Part shown: positions 49,087-58,921 of the stretch, in pieces
Numbering within the stretch: the stretch's first letter is position 1
How the letters are laid out: each line of letters starts with the position of its first letter
NCBI GenBank assembly: GCA_041641305.1
Contig: JBEPYN010000003.1
Span: forward strand, 1-64,000
Direction of reading: 5' to 3'
From: Nitrososphaerota archaeon
GTDB lineage: Archaea; Thermoproteota; Nitrososphaeria_A; Caldarchaeales; Caldarchaeaceae
Length of the DNA: 64,000 nucleotides
Notes under the pieces: generated by a model
Told to the model about the DNA's origin: nothing
Database searches by the model: none
What the model saw: only the letters and a program-made list of their open reading frames with translations
Program-made: the position numbers and the translations under genes

Positions 49087-49160
49087 GCCCTGGTAGCTCA
49101 GCCCGGTAGAGCGGCCGCCTCGTAAGCGGCAGGCCGAGGGTTCAAAGCCCTCCCAGGGCT
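49087..49160 (+). tRNA. tRNA-Thr(CGT)
   Basis: Acceptor GCCCTGG/CCAGGGC+T; anticodon arm GCCGC-CTCGTAA-GCGGC; GGTTCAAAGCC; no intron. Confidence 0.95.
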
Positions 49161-50166
49161 ATACCGTCGTAAATTTTTTGTTTAGCGGATCGTATACCTC
49201 GACTTTCTCAGGTGTCTTACTTGAGATAACCACACCCCTTTTTATCACATAGAGAGGTCTCTTCTGGAGGGCGAGTGCCTCCAGTTCGTCATATGCATCT
49301 AGGACAACTAGGTCGCCATAGGCTCCGACCTTTACTCCGTATTTCTCATCTATGCGTAGCGCCTTTGCGGCGTTGTATGTTATGAGGTTGAAGGATTTTC
49401 GCAGCTCTTGATGAGACATCATCTGGGCGACGTGAACAGCCATAAACAATACCTGAACCATGTCGCCCCTGCCGAGCGGATACCACGGATCCATAATGCA
49501 GTAATGACCCAAGGCCACGTTTACACCATTAGCGAGCAGCTCTTTCACACGAGTCATTCCTCTTCTTTTTGGATAGGTGTCGAACCTCCCTTGTAAATGG
49601 ATGTTGATCAACGGGTTAGCAACGACAGTCACACCTGCTCTTCTAAGCAGTCGATACAGCTTCGCCGCATAGGCATCGTTGTAGGAATGCATAGCAGTAC
49701 AATGACCCGCCGTCGCCCTGCCAATGTATCCATTCTTTATTGCGTAAGAAGCTACCACTTCGAGAAAACGGGACTGCTCGTCATCTGTTTCATCTACGTG
49801 TCCATCGATGTCTCGGTCATACTTCTTCGCTATCTCGAAAGCCAGTTCAATAGACTTAACACCATCTTCTCGTGTAAACTCGATGTGGGGTATCATACCT
49901 ACGTTATCTACGCCCATTTCCACGGCCTTTTCAAGAAGCTCCGAGTTAATCGGGTCAGTTAAGATACCATCTTGGGGGAAAGCTGTAACCTGTACATCCA
50001 CCAGACCCTTGTAGATTCTCTTAATCTCTAATAGGCCTCTTACTGTTGTTAATGTGGAGTCAGTTACATCAGCATGGGTACGGATATAGGTTGTACCGTG
50101 TGAAATCATTAGATTCAGAGCACGTCGTGCGCGTTCAACTATGTCATCCACCGTTAGCCTTTTCTT
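49159..50166 (-). pseudogene. codA: 5'-truncated cytosine deaminase (CodA-like)
   Basis: IRTHAD, AFPQDG, HVDETDD, NIHLQGRFDTYPKRRG, DPWYPLG; N-terminal ~90 aa including the HxH metal site missing (in-frame stop at 50173-50175); GHY where GHD is expected. Confidence 0.8.
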
Positions 50167-50992
50167 ACTAAGCTAAGGTATCTCAACGGTCCATTCGCAA
50201 CGGTTTTGGCTGAAGCTATTCATGAGGCGGTCAAGGAAAGAGGAGGAATTGAGCTGCGGAGCATTATTGCTCAAGCCATTCACATGGGCGACGAGTGTCA
50301 CAACAGAAACATGGCGTCAACCTCCCTCTTTTTCAGAGAATTAGCACCATACATAGCGCGAGTAACAGACCCGAAGACTGCTCATGATATCTTCAACACT
50401 ATCAACGCGAACAACCTCCTTTTTCCTTAACCTAGCCATGGCCTCATGCAAGCTGATGGCCGACAGGGCCCACAACATTAAGCACAGCACAATAGTTACG
50501 ACGATTTCAAGAAACGGCACGGATGTGGGGATTAGGGTTAGCGGACTGGGCGATACATGGTTTACTGCTCCCGCACCCGTGCCAAGAGGTCTTTATTTTC
50601 CCGGATTCTCCGAAAGCGACTCTAACCCTGACATAGGGGACAGCACCATAACCGAGACAGCTGGACTTGGAGCAGCAGCCATGGCAGCCAGCCCCGCCAT
50701 CGTCAAATTTATAGGCGGCGACGTCAAACAAGCTCTGGAAATAACCAACCGCATGGCCCGCATATGTTACGGGCGGCATAGATACTTCACCATCCCGTAC
50801 TTGGATTTTGAAGGTACTCCCGTGGGTGTAGATATTCGACGAGTTCTACGGCTGGGGTTGCCGCCGGTGGCTGACACAGGCATAGCCCATAGAAACGCTG
50901 GTGTAGGCCAAATTGGTGCGGGGATCGTGGAGATACCTATCGAGCCGTTTAAGCAGGCTCTCCGCAAATACGCCGAAGTTTACGGGATTTAG
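50164..50992 (+). pseudogene. 5'-truncated, frameshifted DUF1116 (YlbE/YahG) family gene
   Basis: AQAIHMGDECHNRN in one frame; FFLNLAMA, RNGTDVGIRVSG, NPDIGDSTITETAG and TGIAH..AGVGQIGAG in another; one extra C near 50419. Confidence 0.8.
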
Positions 50993-51050
50993 TCACCTAG
51001 TTGCTCTGAGAAAATAGGGTTAAAATCTGGATGTTTTTTTATTTCTCGGG

Positions 51051-51332
51051 TTGAGTCAGGATTCTGCACGTGTTCACGTGATTCCGCTGCGTGATGCTTG
51101 GAAGGCTTCGAGGCTTAGGAGAACTGATGCAGCGGTGCGGTTGGTCAAGGAATATGCGATGAGACACGGGAAAGCCTCTGTGGTCAAGATATCGCCAAAG
51201 GTCAATGAACTGCTGTGGACGAATAGCCGTCAAAACCCTCCGCGGAGGATACGTGTTGTTCTCGAGAAGGAGGACGAGGATACTGTTTTTGTTAGGCTTG
51301 AGAACGAGGCCGCGGCGGAGAAGAAGGAGTAG
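51051..51332 (+). CDS. rpl31e: 50S ribosomal protein L31e
   Basis: VIPLRDAW, AVRLVKEYAMRH, VNELLW...NPPRRIRV. Confidence 0.92.
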   Translation: MSQDSARVHVIPLRDAWKASRLRRTDAAVRLVKEYAMRHGKASVVKISPKVNELLWTNSRQNPPRRIRVVLEKEDEDTVFVRLENEAAAEKKE

Positions 51333-51343
51333 CGGAGCTTGTT

Positions 51344-52012
51344 ATGGAGATTAGGCTGGAGACGGTGCTCGGCTCCGCTGAAGTTGGCTTGTTTGCCCTC
51401 CCCACAGAACGTTACGTTATTCTCTCAAAGGAGATTAACCCGTCGAAGGTCAGAGTCTTCAAAGAAGTGCTGAACGCCGAGCCTATCCTAACTTCTTTGG
51501 CTGGAAGCATCCTGGTCTCCCCCTTTGCAGCAGGTAACTCCAATGGCCTCCTTGTCTCGAAGCTTGTTTTGGATGAGGAGCTTGATAAGATAAGAGAGGC
51601 TTTTCCCGACCTGACCGTAAAACGCTTGGACACAAAGTATACGGCGGTGGGTAACCTTATTCTCTGCAATGACCGTGGGGCCGTGGTAAGCTCTTTGCTG
51701 GGCAAAAGTGTTGCCAGGGTTGTTGCCGATGTTTTGGGCACAGAAACCGTTTCATCCACAATAGCTAACAGGTCTTATGTTGGGTCGCTCGTCGCAGCCA
51801 CAAACGTGGGGGCGCTGGTTTACGTCAATGCCGAAGATGATGAGCTGAAGCTCGTGGAAGATGTGCTGCATGTCCAAACTGCGACGGGAACAGTTAACGG
51901 CGGTGTGCTTTTTCCACGTAGCGGGATAGCGGCCAACTCCAAAGGCGCAGTGGTAGGCGCACTGACTACCGGGCCAGAGCTAATGACCATCTCAAGAGTT
52001 TTCCAGAGATAA
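51344..52012 (+). CDS. eif6: Translation initiation factor aIF-6
   Basis: AGNSNGLLV, AVGNLILCNDRGA, GTVNGG, ANSKGAVVG..TTGPEL. Confidence 0.93.
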   Translation: MEIRLETVLGSAEVGLFALPTERYVILSKEINPSKVRVFKEVLNAEPILTSLAGSILVSPFAAGNSNGLLVSKLVLDEELDKIREAFPDLTVKRLDTKYTAVGNLILCNDRGAVVSSLLGKSVARVVADVLGTETVSSTIANRSYVGSLVAATNVGALVYVNAEDDELKLVEDVLHVQTATGTVNGGVLFPRSGIAANSKGAVVGALTTGPELMTISRVFQR

Positions 52013-52045
52013 TTATCCTGTTTGATAACGTTATAAGGGGCTTGT

Positions 52046-52486
52046 GTGAATCTGTTTCCAGACATGTCGGAGGCCGAGGTCGCCCAAGCGCTTGAGGAGC
52101 TTCAGCTGCTTGAACGTCTTGTCGCAGACCTTCAGGCGCGGATTCTTGCGCTGCAGAGGTCTGTGTCAGAGCATGAAGAAGCTGTCAAACTAATCGAGGA
52201 GATTCGTAAGTCGGGAGGAAACATGAGGATTCTCGTGCCCATCGGTGCGGGGACATTCGCGGAGGCAAGCCTTCAATCTGTCGAAAAAGTGACTGTGAGC
52301 TTAGGTGCCGGCGTATATGCCGTGAAAGCTCTCGAGGACACCCAGCAGCTCTTGACCAAGAGAAACCAGGCCTTGCAGGCTTATGTCGATGCATTATCTA
52401 AGAGACTATCTGAGTACGCGGCGCGAGCCGATGAGCTGCGCAGGTTTTTGAACAGTGTTTTGGCCGCGCAGCAGCGTCAAGGGTAG
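52046..52486 (+). CDS. pfdA: Prefoldin alpha subunit
   Basis: Coiled coils around ILVPIGAG...VTVSLGAG; conserved aIF6-pfdA-ftsY context; start may be ATG 52064. Confidence 0.9.
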   Translation: MNLFPDMSEAEVAQALEELQLLERLVADLQARILALQRSVSEHEEAVKLIEEIRKSGGNMRILVPIGAGTFAEASLQSVEKVTVSLGAGVYAVKALEDTQQLLTKRNQALQAYVDALSKRLSEYAARADELRRFLNSVLAAQQRQG

Positions 52487-52492
52487 TAGGCT

Positions 52493-53401
52493 TTGCTCAA
52501 AACGGTCGCGAAAATCTTCTCGTCTTTCATCGACACCGTTAAAACTGCGAAGCCTTCGTCCAAGGAGGTTGAGAATGTCTTGTCAGATTTTTACCTACAG
52601 CTTGTTGCGGCTGATGTGGCTGTGGAGACTGCCGACGCTATTGTGAATAGCCTGAGGCATAGTTTATTGGAGATGGATGTTCCACGGTTTGGGGATAGGG
52701 AAACTGTGTTGAAGGAGGCTTTGAAAAAGTCGGTCACGTCTCTTATCAAGGTCGCTGATGTCGACCTTGTTCTGAAACGTGTTGACGAGGCTAGGAAACA
52801 GGGTAGGCCTACGGTTATTCTTTTCGTGGGCCCCAACGGCTCAGGTAAAACCACCACGGTTGTGAAAATCGCCCACTATCTGAGGAAGAGAGGGTACTCG
52901 GTGATTCTTGCTTCGGCAGACACCTTCAGAGCTGGTGCCATCGAGCAGCTGGAGACTCTCGGGCAGCGGGCTGGTTTCATGGTTGTTAGCCAGGGCTATG
53001 GCGCAGACCCAGCGGCGGTCGCGGTTGATGCTTTGAACAAAGCCCTGAACATGCGTGTCAACGTGGTTTTAATCGATACAGCAGGGAGAACGGAGGTGGA
53101 CCGTGGACTGCTCGAGGAGATGCGGAAGCTTAAACGGGTTGTTAAACCAGATTTCGTCATCTACACGGGTGATGCTTTGGCCGGAAACGCTGCTGTCCAG
53201 CAGGCGAAGATGTTTGATGAAGTGGTTGGCATCGACTATGTTATCCTATCCAAAGTGGACGCCGACGCTAAAGGCGGTTCAGCCATATCCATTTCTCATT
53301 CGACTGGAAAACCTCTTCTCTTCCTCGGCGTGGGGCAGGAGCTCGACGACCTCGTGGACAAGCCGGCGGAAAAGCTGCTCGAGGCGCTGGGGTTCGCCTA
53401 A
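52493..53401 (+). CDS. ftsY: SRP receptor GTPase FtsY
   Basis: GPNGSGKTTT, DTFRAGAIEQL, DTAGR, SKVDADAKGG, LGVGQ. Confidence 0.95.
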   Translation: MLKTVAKIFSSFIDTVKTAKPSSKEVENVLSDFYLQLVAADVAVETADAIVNSLRHSLLEMDVPRFGDRETVLKEALKKSVTSLIKVADVDLVLKRVDEARKQGRPTVILFVGPNGSGKTTTVVKIAHYLRKRGYSVILASADTFRAGAIEQLETLGQRAGFMVVSQGYGADPAAVAVDALNKALNMRVNVVLIDTAGRTEVDRGLLEEMRKLKRVVKPDFVIYTGDALAGNAAVQQAKMFDEVVGIDYVILSKVDADAKGGSAISISHSTGKPLLFLGVGQELDDLVDKPAEKLLEALGFA

Positions 53402-53434
53402 CGTTTATTTTAGAGGCCGTGGCCCTTATAGCAG

Positions 53435-54055
53435 ATGGAGACTCTGAGGAAAATACTGCGTGTGAAAGAGGGGAAAGGGCCCTCGCCGACCTTCACCGAG
53501 CCCCAGCTCGCATACATGATTTTCCTGATAGGTTCGGAGCCTTATATCGGTCGTAAGAGGCTAAAGGAGCTTCTCCAACTGGGTGAAGGGTCTGTGAGAA
53601 CCATGGTCTCGCGGCTTATGAAGATGGGGCTCGCCATCTCTACACGTAGCGGTGTCGCGTTGACTGACAAGGGGAGAGATGTTTACGAGAAGTTGAGGAA
53701 ACGCGTCTCTCCTTTGAGGAAAGTCTTCTTCAAGATGCCGTGGGACGCTCCTGCGAACTATGGCGTCGTTGTGAAGGGCTTGGCTGATAGAATTTCCACG
53801 GGTGTTGAAGAGAGGGATGAGGCGGTGCGTCACGGTGCCTCTGCGGCTATGGTTTTGACCTTTCTCAGCGACGGTGTTCACATGCCACGTGTTAGCAATC
53901 TGAGCGTAGAGAGGCCCGAGTTCGCTGAACAGGTGAAGTCGTTTTTCAAACCAGATGTTGGAGACGTGATAATTATAGCTGGTGCAGAGGATGAGCCCAA
54001 GGCCATGTACTCGGCCCTTGCAGCAGCTCTGAAAATCCTGCTCGGAAAAAGATAA
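53435..54055 (+). CDS. wHTH protein, DUF4443/DUF2111-like
   Basis: IGRKRLKELLQLGEGSVRT; GVEERDEAVRHGA. Confidence 0.7.
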   Translation: METLRKILRVKEGKGPSPTFTEPQLAYMIFLIGSEPYIGRKRLKELLQLGEGSVRTMVSRLMKMGLAISTRSGVALTDKGRDVYEKLRKRVSPLRKVFFKMPWDAPANYGVVVKGLADRISTGVEERDEAVRHGASAAMVLTFLSDGVHMPRVSNLSVERPEFAEQVKSFFKPDVGDVIIIAGAEDEPKAMYSALAAALKILLGKR

Positions 54056-54079
54056 AAACCCAGCCATTCTACGTCCCTT

Positions 54080-55378
54080 ATGACCAGAAGCTCAAGGATA
54101 TCCGGTTTCTATACACTTAAGCCAGAGGATAGGCTTGAGGTTGTAGCCGAATTTGCCTCCCTCACCGAGGAGGAGAAGAAGCTGATTTCCTCATGCGGCC
54201 TCGACATCGCGACCGCGAGCAGAATGATTGAAAATGTGGTCGGTGTCTTCCCTTTACCCCTCGGTATAGCAGCCAACTTTCTCATCAACGGCCGAGATTA
54301 TCTTGTTCCGATGGCTATTGAGGAGCCGTCTGTCGTGGCTGCTGCATCCAACGCGGCGAAAATGGCCCGCGAAGGCGGGGGGATTTTCTCTTTTCAGCCC
54401 AGCCAGCTCATGATTGGTCAGGTGCAGCTCGTCGAGGTTAGTAACCCGTATTTGGCTAAGATGGAGATTTTGAGGAATAGGGATGAGATTCTTGCACGTG
54501 CGAATGAGTGTGACCCCGTTTTGGTTAACTTGGGGGGAGGGGCAAAAGATGTGGAGGCGCGCGTTCTCGATACATCTTTGGGCCCGATGGTGGTTGTGCA
54601 TCTTATCGTGGATGTCAAAGACGCTATGGGAGCTAACGCCGTAAACACCATGGCAGAAAATGTTGCACCTTTCCTCGCACGTCTATCGGGAGGCAAATTC
54701 CGCCTCCGCATAATCTCCAACCTCGCAGACAAACGTATCGCACGAGCTTACACAAAGATCCCCGCTGGAGCAGTTGGAGGCGTCGAGGTGGCCCACGGAA
54801 TAGTGGAGGCCTATCATTTCGCCAAAGCCGACCCCTATAGAGCCGCCACACACAACAAAGGCATCATGAACGGCATAGACGCGGTGGCTATTGCCACGGG
54901 AAATGACTGGAGAGCCATCGAAGCGGGGGCCCATGCTTACGCGGCGAGAAACGGGCGATACGAACCGTTGACAGTTTGGGAGCAGACACCAGACGGAGAC
55001 CTATATGGCGCCATCGAGCTACCTCTCGCGGTAGGCATAGTGGGTGGAGCAGTAAGGACAAACCCCGTGGCTAAGACGTGTCTCAAAATTCTAGGCATCA
55101 AGTCGGCTCGCGAGCTTGCGGAGGTTATGGCGGCTGTCGGGCTTGTTCAGAACCTCGCGGCCCTTAGGGCGCTGGCGGCTGAGGGCATACAGGCAGGTCA
55201 CATGAGCCTTCACGCCAAAAACATCGCCGTCATGGCGGGCGCGGTCGGTGAGGAAATAGACCTCGTAGCAGAGGAGATGGTTCGCCAGAAAACCATACGT
55301 GTCGACAAGGCTGAGGAAATTTTAGCTGAGCTTAGGAGCCGTCGCGGCCAAGTGCCCTCCGCCACTCCTCGGCGTTAA
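54080..55378 (+). CDS. mvaA: HMG-CoA reductase, class II (MvaA type)
   Basis: MIENVVG, EEPSVVAA, DAMGANAVN, RIISNL, THNKGIMNG, GIQAGHMSLH. Confidence 0.93.
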   Translation: MTRSSRISGFYTLKPEDRLEVVAEFASLTEEEKKLISSCGLDIATASRMIENVVGVFPLPLGIAANFLINGRDYLVPMAIEEPSVVAAASNAAKMAREGGGIFSFQPSQLMIGQVQLVEVSNPYLAKMEILRNRDEILARANECDPVLVNLGGGAKDVEARVLDTSLGPMVVVHLIVDVKDAMGANAVNTMAENVAPFLARLSGGKFRLRIISNLADKRIARAYTKIPAGAVGGVEVAHGIVEAYHFAKADPYRAATHNKGIMNGIDAVAIATGNDWRAIEAGAHAYAARNGRYEPLTVWEQTPDGDLYGAIELPLAVGIVGGAVRTNPVAKTCLKILGIKSARELAEVMAAVGLVQNLAALRALAAEGIQAGHMSLHAKNIAVMAGAVGEEIDLVAEEMVRQKTIRVDKAEEILAELRSRRGQVPSATPRR

Positions 55379-55673
55379 ATCTCTTCTCCATCTTCTCCAT
55401 CTCCTTCTCAAGAGCTTTTTCGAGGTCTACGCCAAACCTGTTAGCCAACTGGACAAACAGGGTTAGAGACTGTGCGAACTCGCTGTCGATGTCTTCTCCC
55501 GGCGTGGAATGGCCCAGCCCACTCCGCTTATAGCCCTCCTTCTCCAGAATAAACCGGCCAATCTCGGTTATCTCCTCGATGAGGTGGGCGTAGATAAGAG
55601 ATTCTCTGAAACAGTCCCAGCCCCGCGCCCTCTCAAACTCCTCAACTTTTTTCTGAAGCTCGGCAAGCCTCAT
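55332..55673 (-). CDS. MazG-like nucleotide pyrophosphohydrolase
   Basis: RGWD, HLIEEITEI, LANRFGVDLE..L.KEMEK. Confidence 0.75.
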   Translation of the reverse strand: MRLAELQKKVEEFERARGWDCFRESLIYAHLIEEITEIGRFILEKEGYKRSGLGHSTPGEDIDSEFAQSLTLFVQLANRFGVDLEKALEKEMEKMEKRFNAEEWRRALGRDGS

Positions 55674-55682
55674 ACCACAACC

Positions 55683-55970
55683 CTATAGAAAGAGCTGTAT
55701 ATGAGGTACGCCGTCGACGTAAATAACTGATTTTTCTGTTGCGTATCCGAACTTGACCGCGGCCTTGACCGCGTTCTCGCCCAGCAGGTTGATAATGGTG
55801 CCCATTTTGAAGTAATCTTCGAGGTCGGTGTCCACAACCAAGACACCTTTGTAAAAAGATTCCTGCACCTCCACGGATACACCTGTCGAGAGCCGCAGCC
55901 TTTTACCCAAGAGCGTCTCATCACATATGGCTATTACCACTTCACCTGTTTTGGAGCGATGTGTCTTCAC
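55683..55970 (-). CDS. DUF424 family protein
   Basis: VIAICDETLLGK, SFYKG, IINLLGENAV, DGVPH. Confidence 0.85.
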   Translation of the reverse strand: MKTHRSKTGEVVIAICDETLLGKRLRLSTGVSVEVQESFYKGVLVVDTDLEDYFKMGTIINLLGENAVKAAVKFGYATEKSVIYVDGVPHIQLFL

Positions 55971-56058
55971 CCAGCATCGTCTGCCTTCAGCGGCGTTTGT
56001 GGACAGGTTCCCTCACTGATTAACAGTCGGATGATCACTATATAGCCGTTGTGGCACG

Positions 56059-56493
56059 CTATACTCTTCTTACGGGGCTTTTGGCTCCGCAGGCATCGCA
56101 GACGAGGAACCTGAACCTCTTCTCGCTCACTATGCGAGTGTCTATGCCGTTGCAGACTGGGCAGCGGACAAATTCTTTGATGTAGAGGTTGATGAGTCGC
56201 TTGGCCTCTTCATGCGTAATCTTCCCCTGTATCACAAGCTTGTCATCCGACACGGCGCCTGCACGGCCAGTCTCTTTGAGCAGAAACCTCGCCAAATGGG
56301 CGGGCTCTCTGTTAAGCATCTTCGCCACCTGCCCGAGATTGGTGAAATACGTGTTCTTGGCATCTATGACTAGGTTGGGGGTTATATCGAGCACTCTGTC
56401 GCCGGCCGCGGCCGATGAGTCTCTCGTAACACGTGAGAGAACGTTTTCGAGGAGCATTTCGTAGAATTCTTTGCTTCTCAGGTCGAGGGCCAT
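56059..56493 (-). CDS. eif2b: Translation initiation factor aIF-2 beta
   Basis: LNREPAHLARFLLKETG, FVRCPVCNGIDT, CDACGA. Confidence 0.92.
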   Translation of the reverse strand: MALDLRSKEFYEMLLENVLSRVTRDSSAAAGDRVLDITPNLVIDAKNTYFTNLGQVAKMLNREPAHLARFLLKETGRAGAVSDDKLVIQGKITHEEAKRLINLYIKEFVRCPVCNGIDTRIVSEKRFRFLVCDACGAKSPVRRV

Positions 56494-56558
56494 ACCGGTT
56501 ACTTTGGCGGTTTGCAGTTAAAAAGGATTAAAACCTGGTTCTCTGCTCTTGTTCAGGT

Positions 56559-57866
56559 TTGACTGAGCCTTTTCATGTGAAAGATTTGTCACTGGCTGAG
56601 ACGGGGGCCAAACAAATAATGCTAGCGGAATCGATGATGCCTGTCCTCGCAGTGTTGAGGAGAAGGTACGCAGATGAAAAGCCCTTTGAGGGATTCAGGG
56701 TATCGATGTGTCTACATGTGACTAAGGAGACAGCGGTTCTTTGCCGTGTTCTTCGAGAGGGAGGTGCAAAAGTTGCCTTGTGCGCCTCGAACCCTCTAAG
56801 CACGCAGGATGATGTCGCCGCCGCGCTGGCTGTGGAAGGCTTCAACGTCTATGCTTTCAGAGGGATGTCGCCACAGGAATACTACCGAGCGATTGGAAAC
56901 GCTCTGTCACATGGGCCTCAACTGCTGGTTGACGACGGAGCAGACCTCATCACATCCTTGCACAGACTCATGCACGGGATGGAGGATGAAAATTTGGAGG
57001 AGGTGAGAAAGGGGTTGGATGGAGCGGGTGTTCCCCGTGTTTTGGGTGCGACTGAGGAAACGACAACGGGTGTCACGAGGCTGAGGGCCCTTGATGAAGA
57101 CGGGTTGCTCGCCTTCCCCATCATCGCTGTAAACGACGCATTATCCAAGAGTCTCTTCGACAACCCGCTGGGAACGGGGCAGTCAGCCCTCGACGGGGTT
57201 TTGAGGGCCACGAACCTTCTGCTCGCCGGTAAAACAGTCGTCGTCGCTGGATTTGGGAGGGTCGGCTCCGGTATCGCTGAGAGAGCGAGAGGGATGGGGG
57301 CACGGGTTGTGGTCGTTGAACCTGACCCGATAAAAGCGCTTCAAGCATACATGAACGGCTTCACAGTTACATCCATGTCAAAAGCATCAGAGATAGGCGA
57401 TGTCTTCATCACGGCAACAGGCAACATAGACGTGATCAGGGCCGAGCACTTCGAGAAAATGAAGGATGGCGCATTCCTCGCCAACGCAGGCCACATGGAT
57501 GTGGAGATAAACAAACAAGATCTTCAACAGCTCGCTGTCTCCGTCGAAACTATCCGCGAAAACGTTAAGCTTTACCGGCTGAGAAACGGCCGCAAACTCT
57601 TCCTACTAGCTGAAGGAAGACTCGTGAACCTCGTCTGCGCAGAAGGCCACCCCTCGGAGGTCATGGACCTCTCCTTCTCACTACAGGCAGAATCTCTCCG
57701 CTACCTCATACAAAACGCTGAAAAACTCGGAAAACATGTCTACGCCGTCCCACGCGAAATAGACGAGGCGGTTGCGTCGCTAAAGCTCAGCGCTTTCGGC
57801 GTAGAGCTGGAGAAGCTCACTACACGGCAGCTTGAATACATGAGGAGCTGGATAGCTGGAACTTGA
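56559..57866 (+). CDS. ahcY: S-adenosylhomocysteine hydrolase
   Basis: CLHVTKET, SNPLSTQDD, EETTTG, KSLFDN, EGRLVNL..AEGHPSEVMDLSF. Confidence 0.95.
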   Translation: MTEPFHVKDLSLAETGAKQIMLAESMMPVLAVLRRRYADEKPFEGFRVSMCLHVTKETAVLCRVLREGGAKVALCASNPLSTQDDVAAALAVEGFNVYAFRGMSPQEYYRAIGNALSHGPQLLVDDGADLITSLHRLMHGMEDENLEEVRKGLDGAGVPRVLGATEETTTGVTRLRALDEDGLLAFPIIAVNDALSKSLFDNPLGTGQSALDGVLRATNLLLAGKTVVVAGFGRVGSGIAERARGMGARVVVVEPDPIKALQAYMNGFTVTSMSKASEIGDVFITATGNIDVIRAEHFEKMKDGAFLANAGHMDVEINKQDLQQLAVSVETIRENVKLYRLRNGRKLFLLAEGRLVNLVCAEGHPSEVMDLSFSLQAESLRYLIQNAEKLGKHVYAVPREIDEAVASLKLSAFGVELEKLTTRQLEYMRSWIAGT

Positions 57867-58312
57867 GAAGAATCGGCCCACAAATCTATTTCCTCGAGCT
57901 TAAAACCGCTGGAGATGGTTTAGATGCTGTTCTACGTGAGTTAAGGCTTGTTGGTGAATCGGGTGGGGAACGTGTTTTCCGCGGCGACGAGAAAACAATT
58001 CTCCGCAGTTTCCTGAAATTCTGCAAGGATGTGGACATCCTCGTCACATGGGGCGGAGAATCATTTGCACTCCCTCTCTTAACAGCAAAAATCATCAAAA
58101 AGAAGCTTGACCCCGCCCCATTATATGAAACATATCATCTTGACCTGAAAACATTCTTTGAAAAAATTTTCTCCACCAGCGTATCGGATGTTTCGCAGGC
58201 AGCCTCTATTCTCGGGCTGAGGAAAAGAAAAGGGACGATGGAAAACATGAGAGCTGTTTTCATCGCTTTGCGTAGTGTTCTCCGTGTTACGAGGCCGGAG
58301 CTCGCTCTTTAG
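57863..58312 (+). CDS. RNase H-like (YprB/PolB exonuclease-like) domain protein, apparently inactive
   Basis: EKTILRSF...DILVTWGGESFALPLL...HLDL aligns by eye to ExoII (LVTYNG..FD.P.L); ExoI DxE appears as ELK. Confidence 0.6.
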   Translation: MRRIGPQIYFLELKTAGDGLDAVLRELRLVGESGGERVFRGDEKTILRSFLKFCKDVDILVTWGGESFALPLLTAKIIKKKLDPAPLYETYHLDLKTFFEKIFSTSVSDVSQAASILGLRKRKGTMENMRAVFIALRSVLRVTRPELAL

Positions 58313-58881
58313 TACCATTTGTTTTTTAGTCCTATGAGGTAGGCAAAGCTGTTTGTGGCTATGTGCATGAAGATTGTGAAGAGAAAGAGGGATGCGAGGG
58401 TTGCGTTATCCATCCAAGGTGGCAGTCCGTGGAAAAGATGTATTAGCAAAAGGGCTGAGGCGAGGAAACTTAGCTGGTCAAGCACGGGCGCGGGGCTACC
58501 TGTCTTCAGCCCCATACGCCTCTTAACAAAAGCACCGCCCACATCTCCCAGCAAAGCCCCCAGAGAAAGTAGAAAAACCTCTAACAAGCCGAACAACCAA
58601 CTCCAGAGAAACCTCATGACAAACCCAACCAGAAAACCGGCCAAAACACCTACAACAAATCCCTCAATGGTTTTACCATCACCAAAAATCCTACGACCAT
58701 CGATAAACACGCGCCCACAGTCGATGGGCCTCGTTTTCCTCAAAACTTTCGTGGCAACAACCGGCGAAGCGTTAGCCACGTATGCGGGAAAAATGTATGC
58801 AAGCCCCATCAAGAAACTCGTCGCATCCATCAACGTCAAAAACCAGCGGCTTAAATTAAAGTTCATCAATTGTTTTTCCAA
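58309..58881 (-). CDS. carS: CDP-archaeol synthase
   Basis: PAYVANASP, PID.G..FIDGRRIFGDGKT.EG, GD..GAFVKRR.G, LDQL, IGLK..WY. Confidence 0.92.
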   Translation of the reverse strand: MEKQLMNFNLSRWFLTLMDATSFLMGLAYIFPAYVANASPVVATKVLRKTRPIDCGRVFIDGRRIFGDGKTIEGFVVGVLAGFLVGFVMRFLWSWLFGLLEVFLLSLGALLGDVGGAFVKRRMGLKTGSPAPVLDQLSFLASALLLIHLFHGLPPWMDNATLASLFLFTIFMHIATNSFAYLIGLKNKWY

Positions 58882-58921
58882 GAGCGTTATATACAGGAGG
58901 GCCTAATCTGCTTTAGCCAAT

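Noticed and set aside
43273-51050. Integrated element or att sites at tRNA-Leu or tRNA-Thr
   Set aside because: No integrase and no duplicated tRNA 3' end found by eye; only the pseudogene scar is supported
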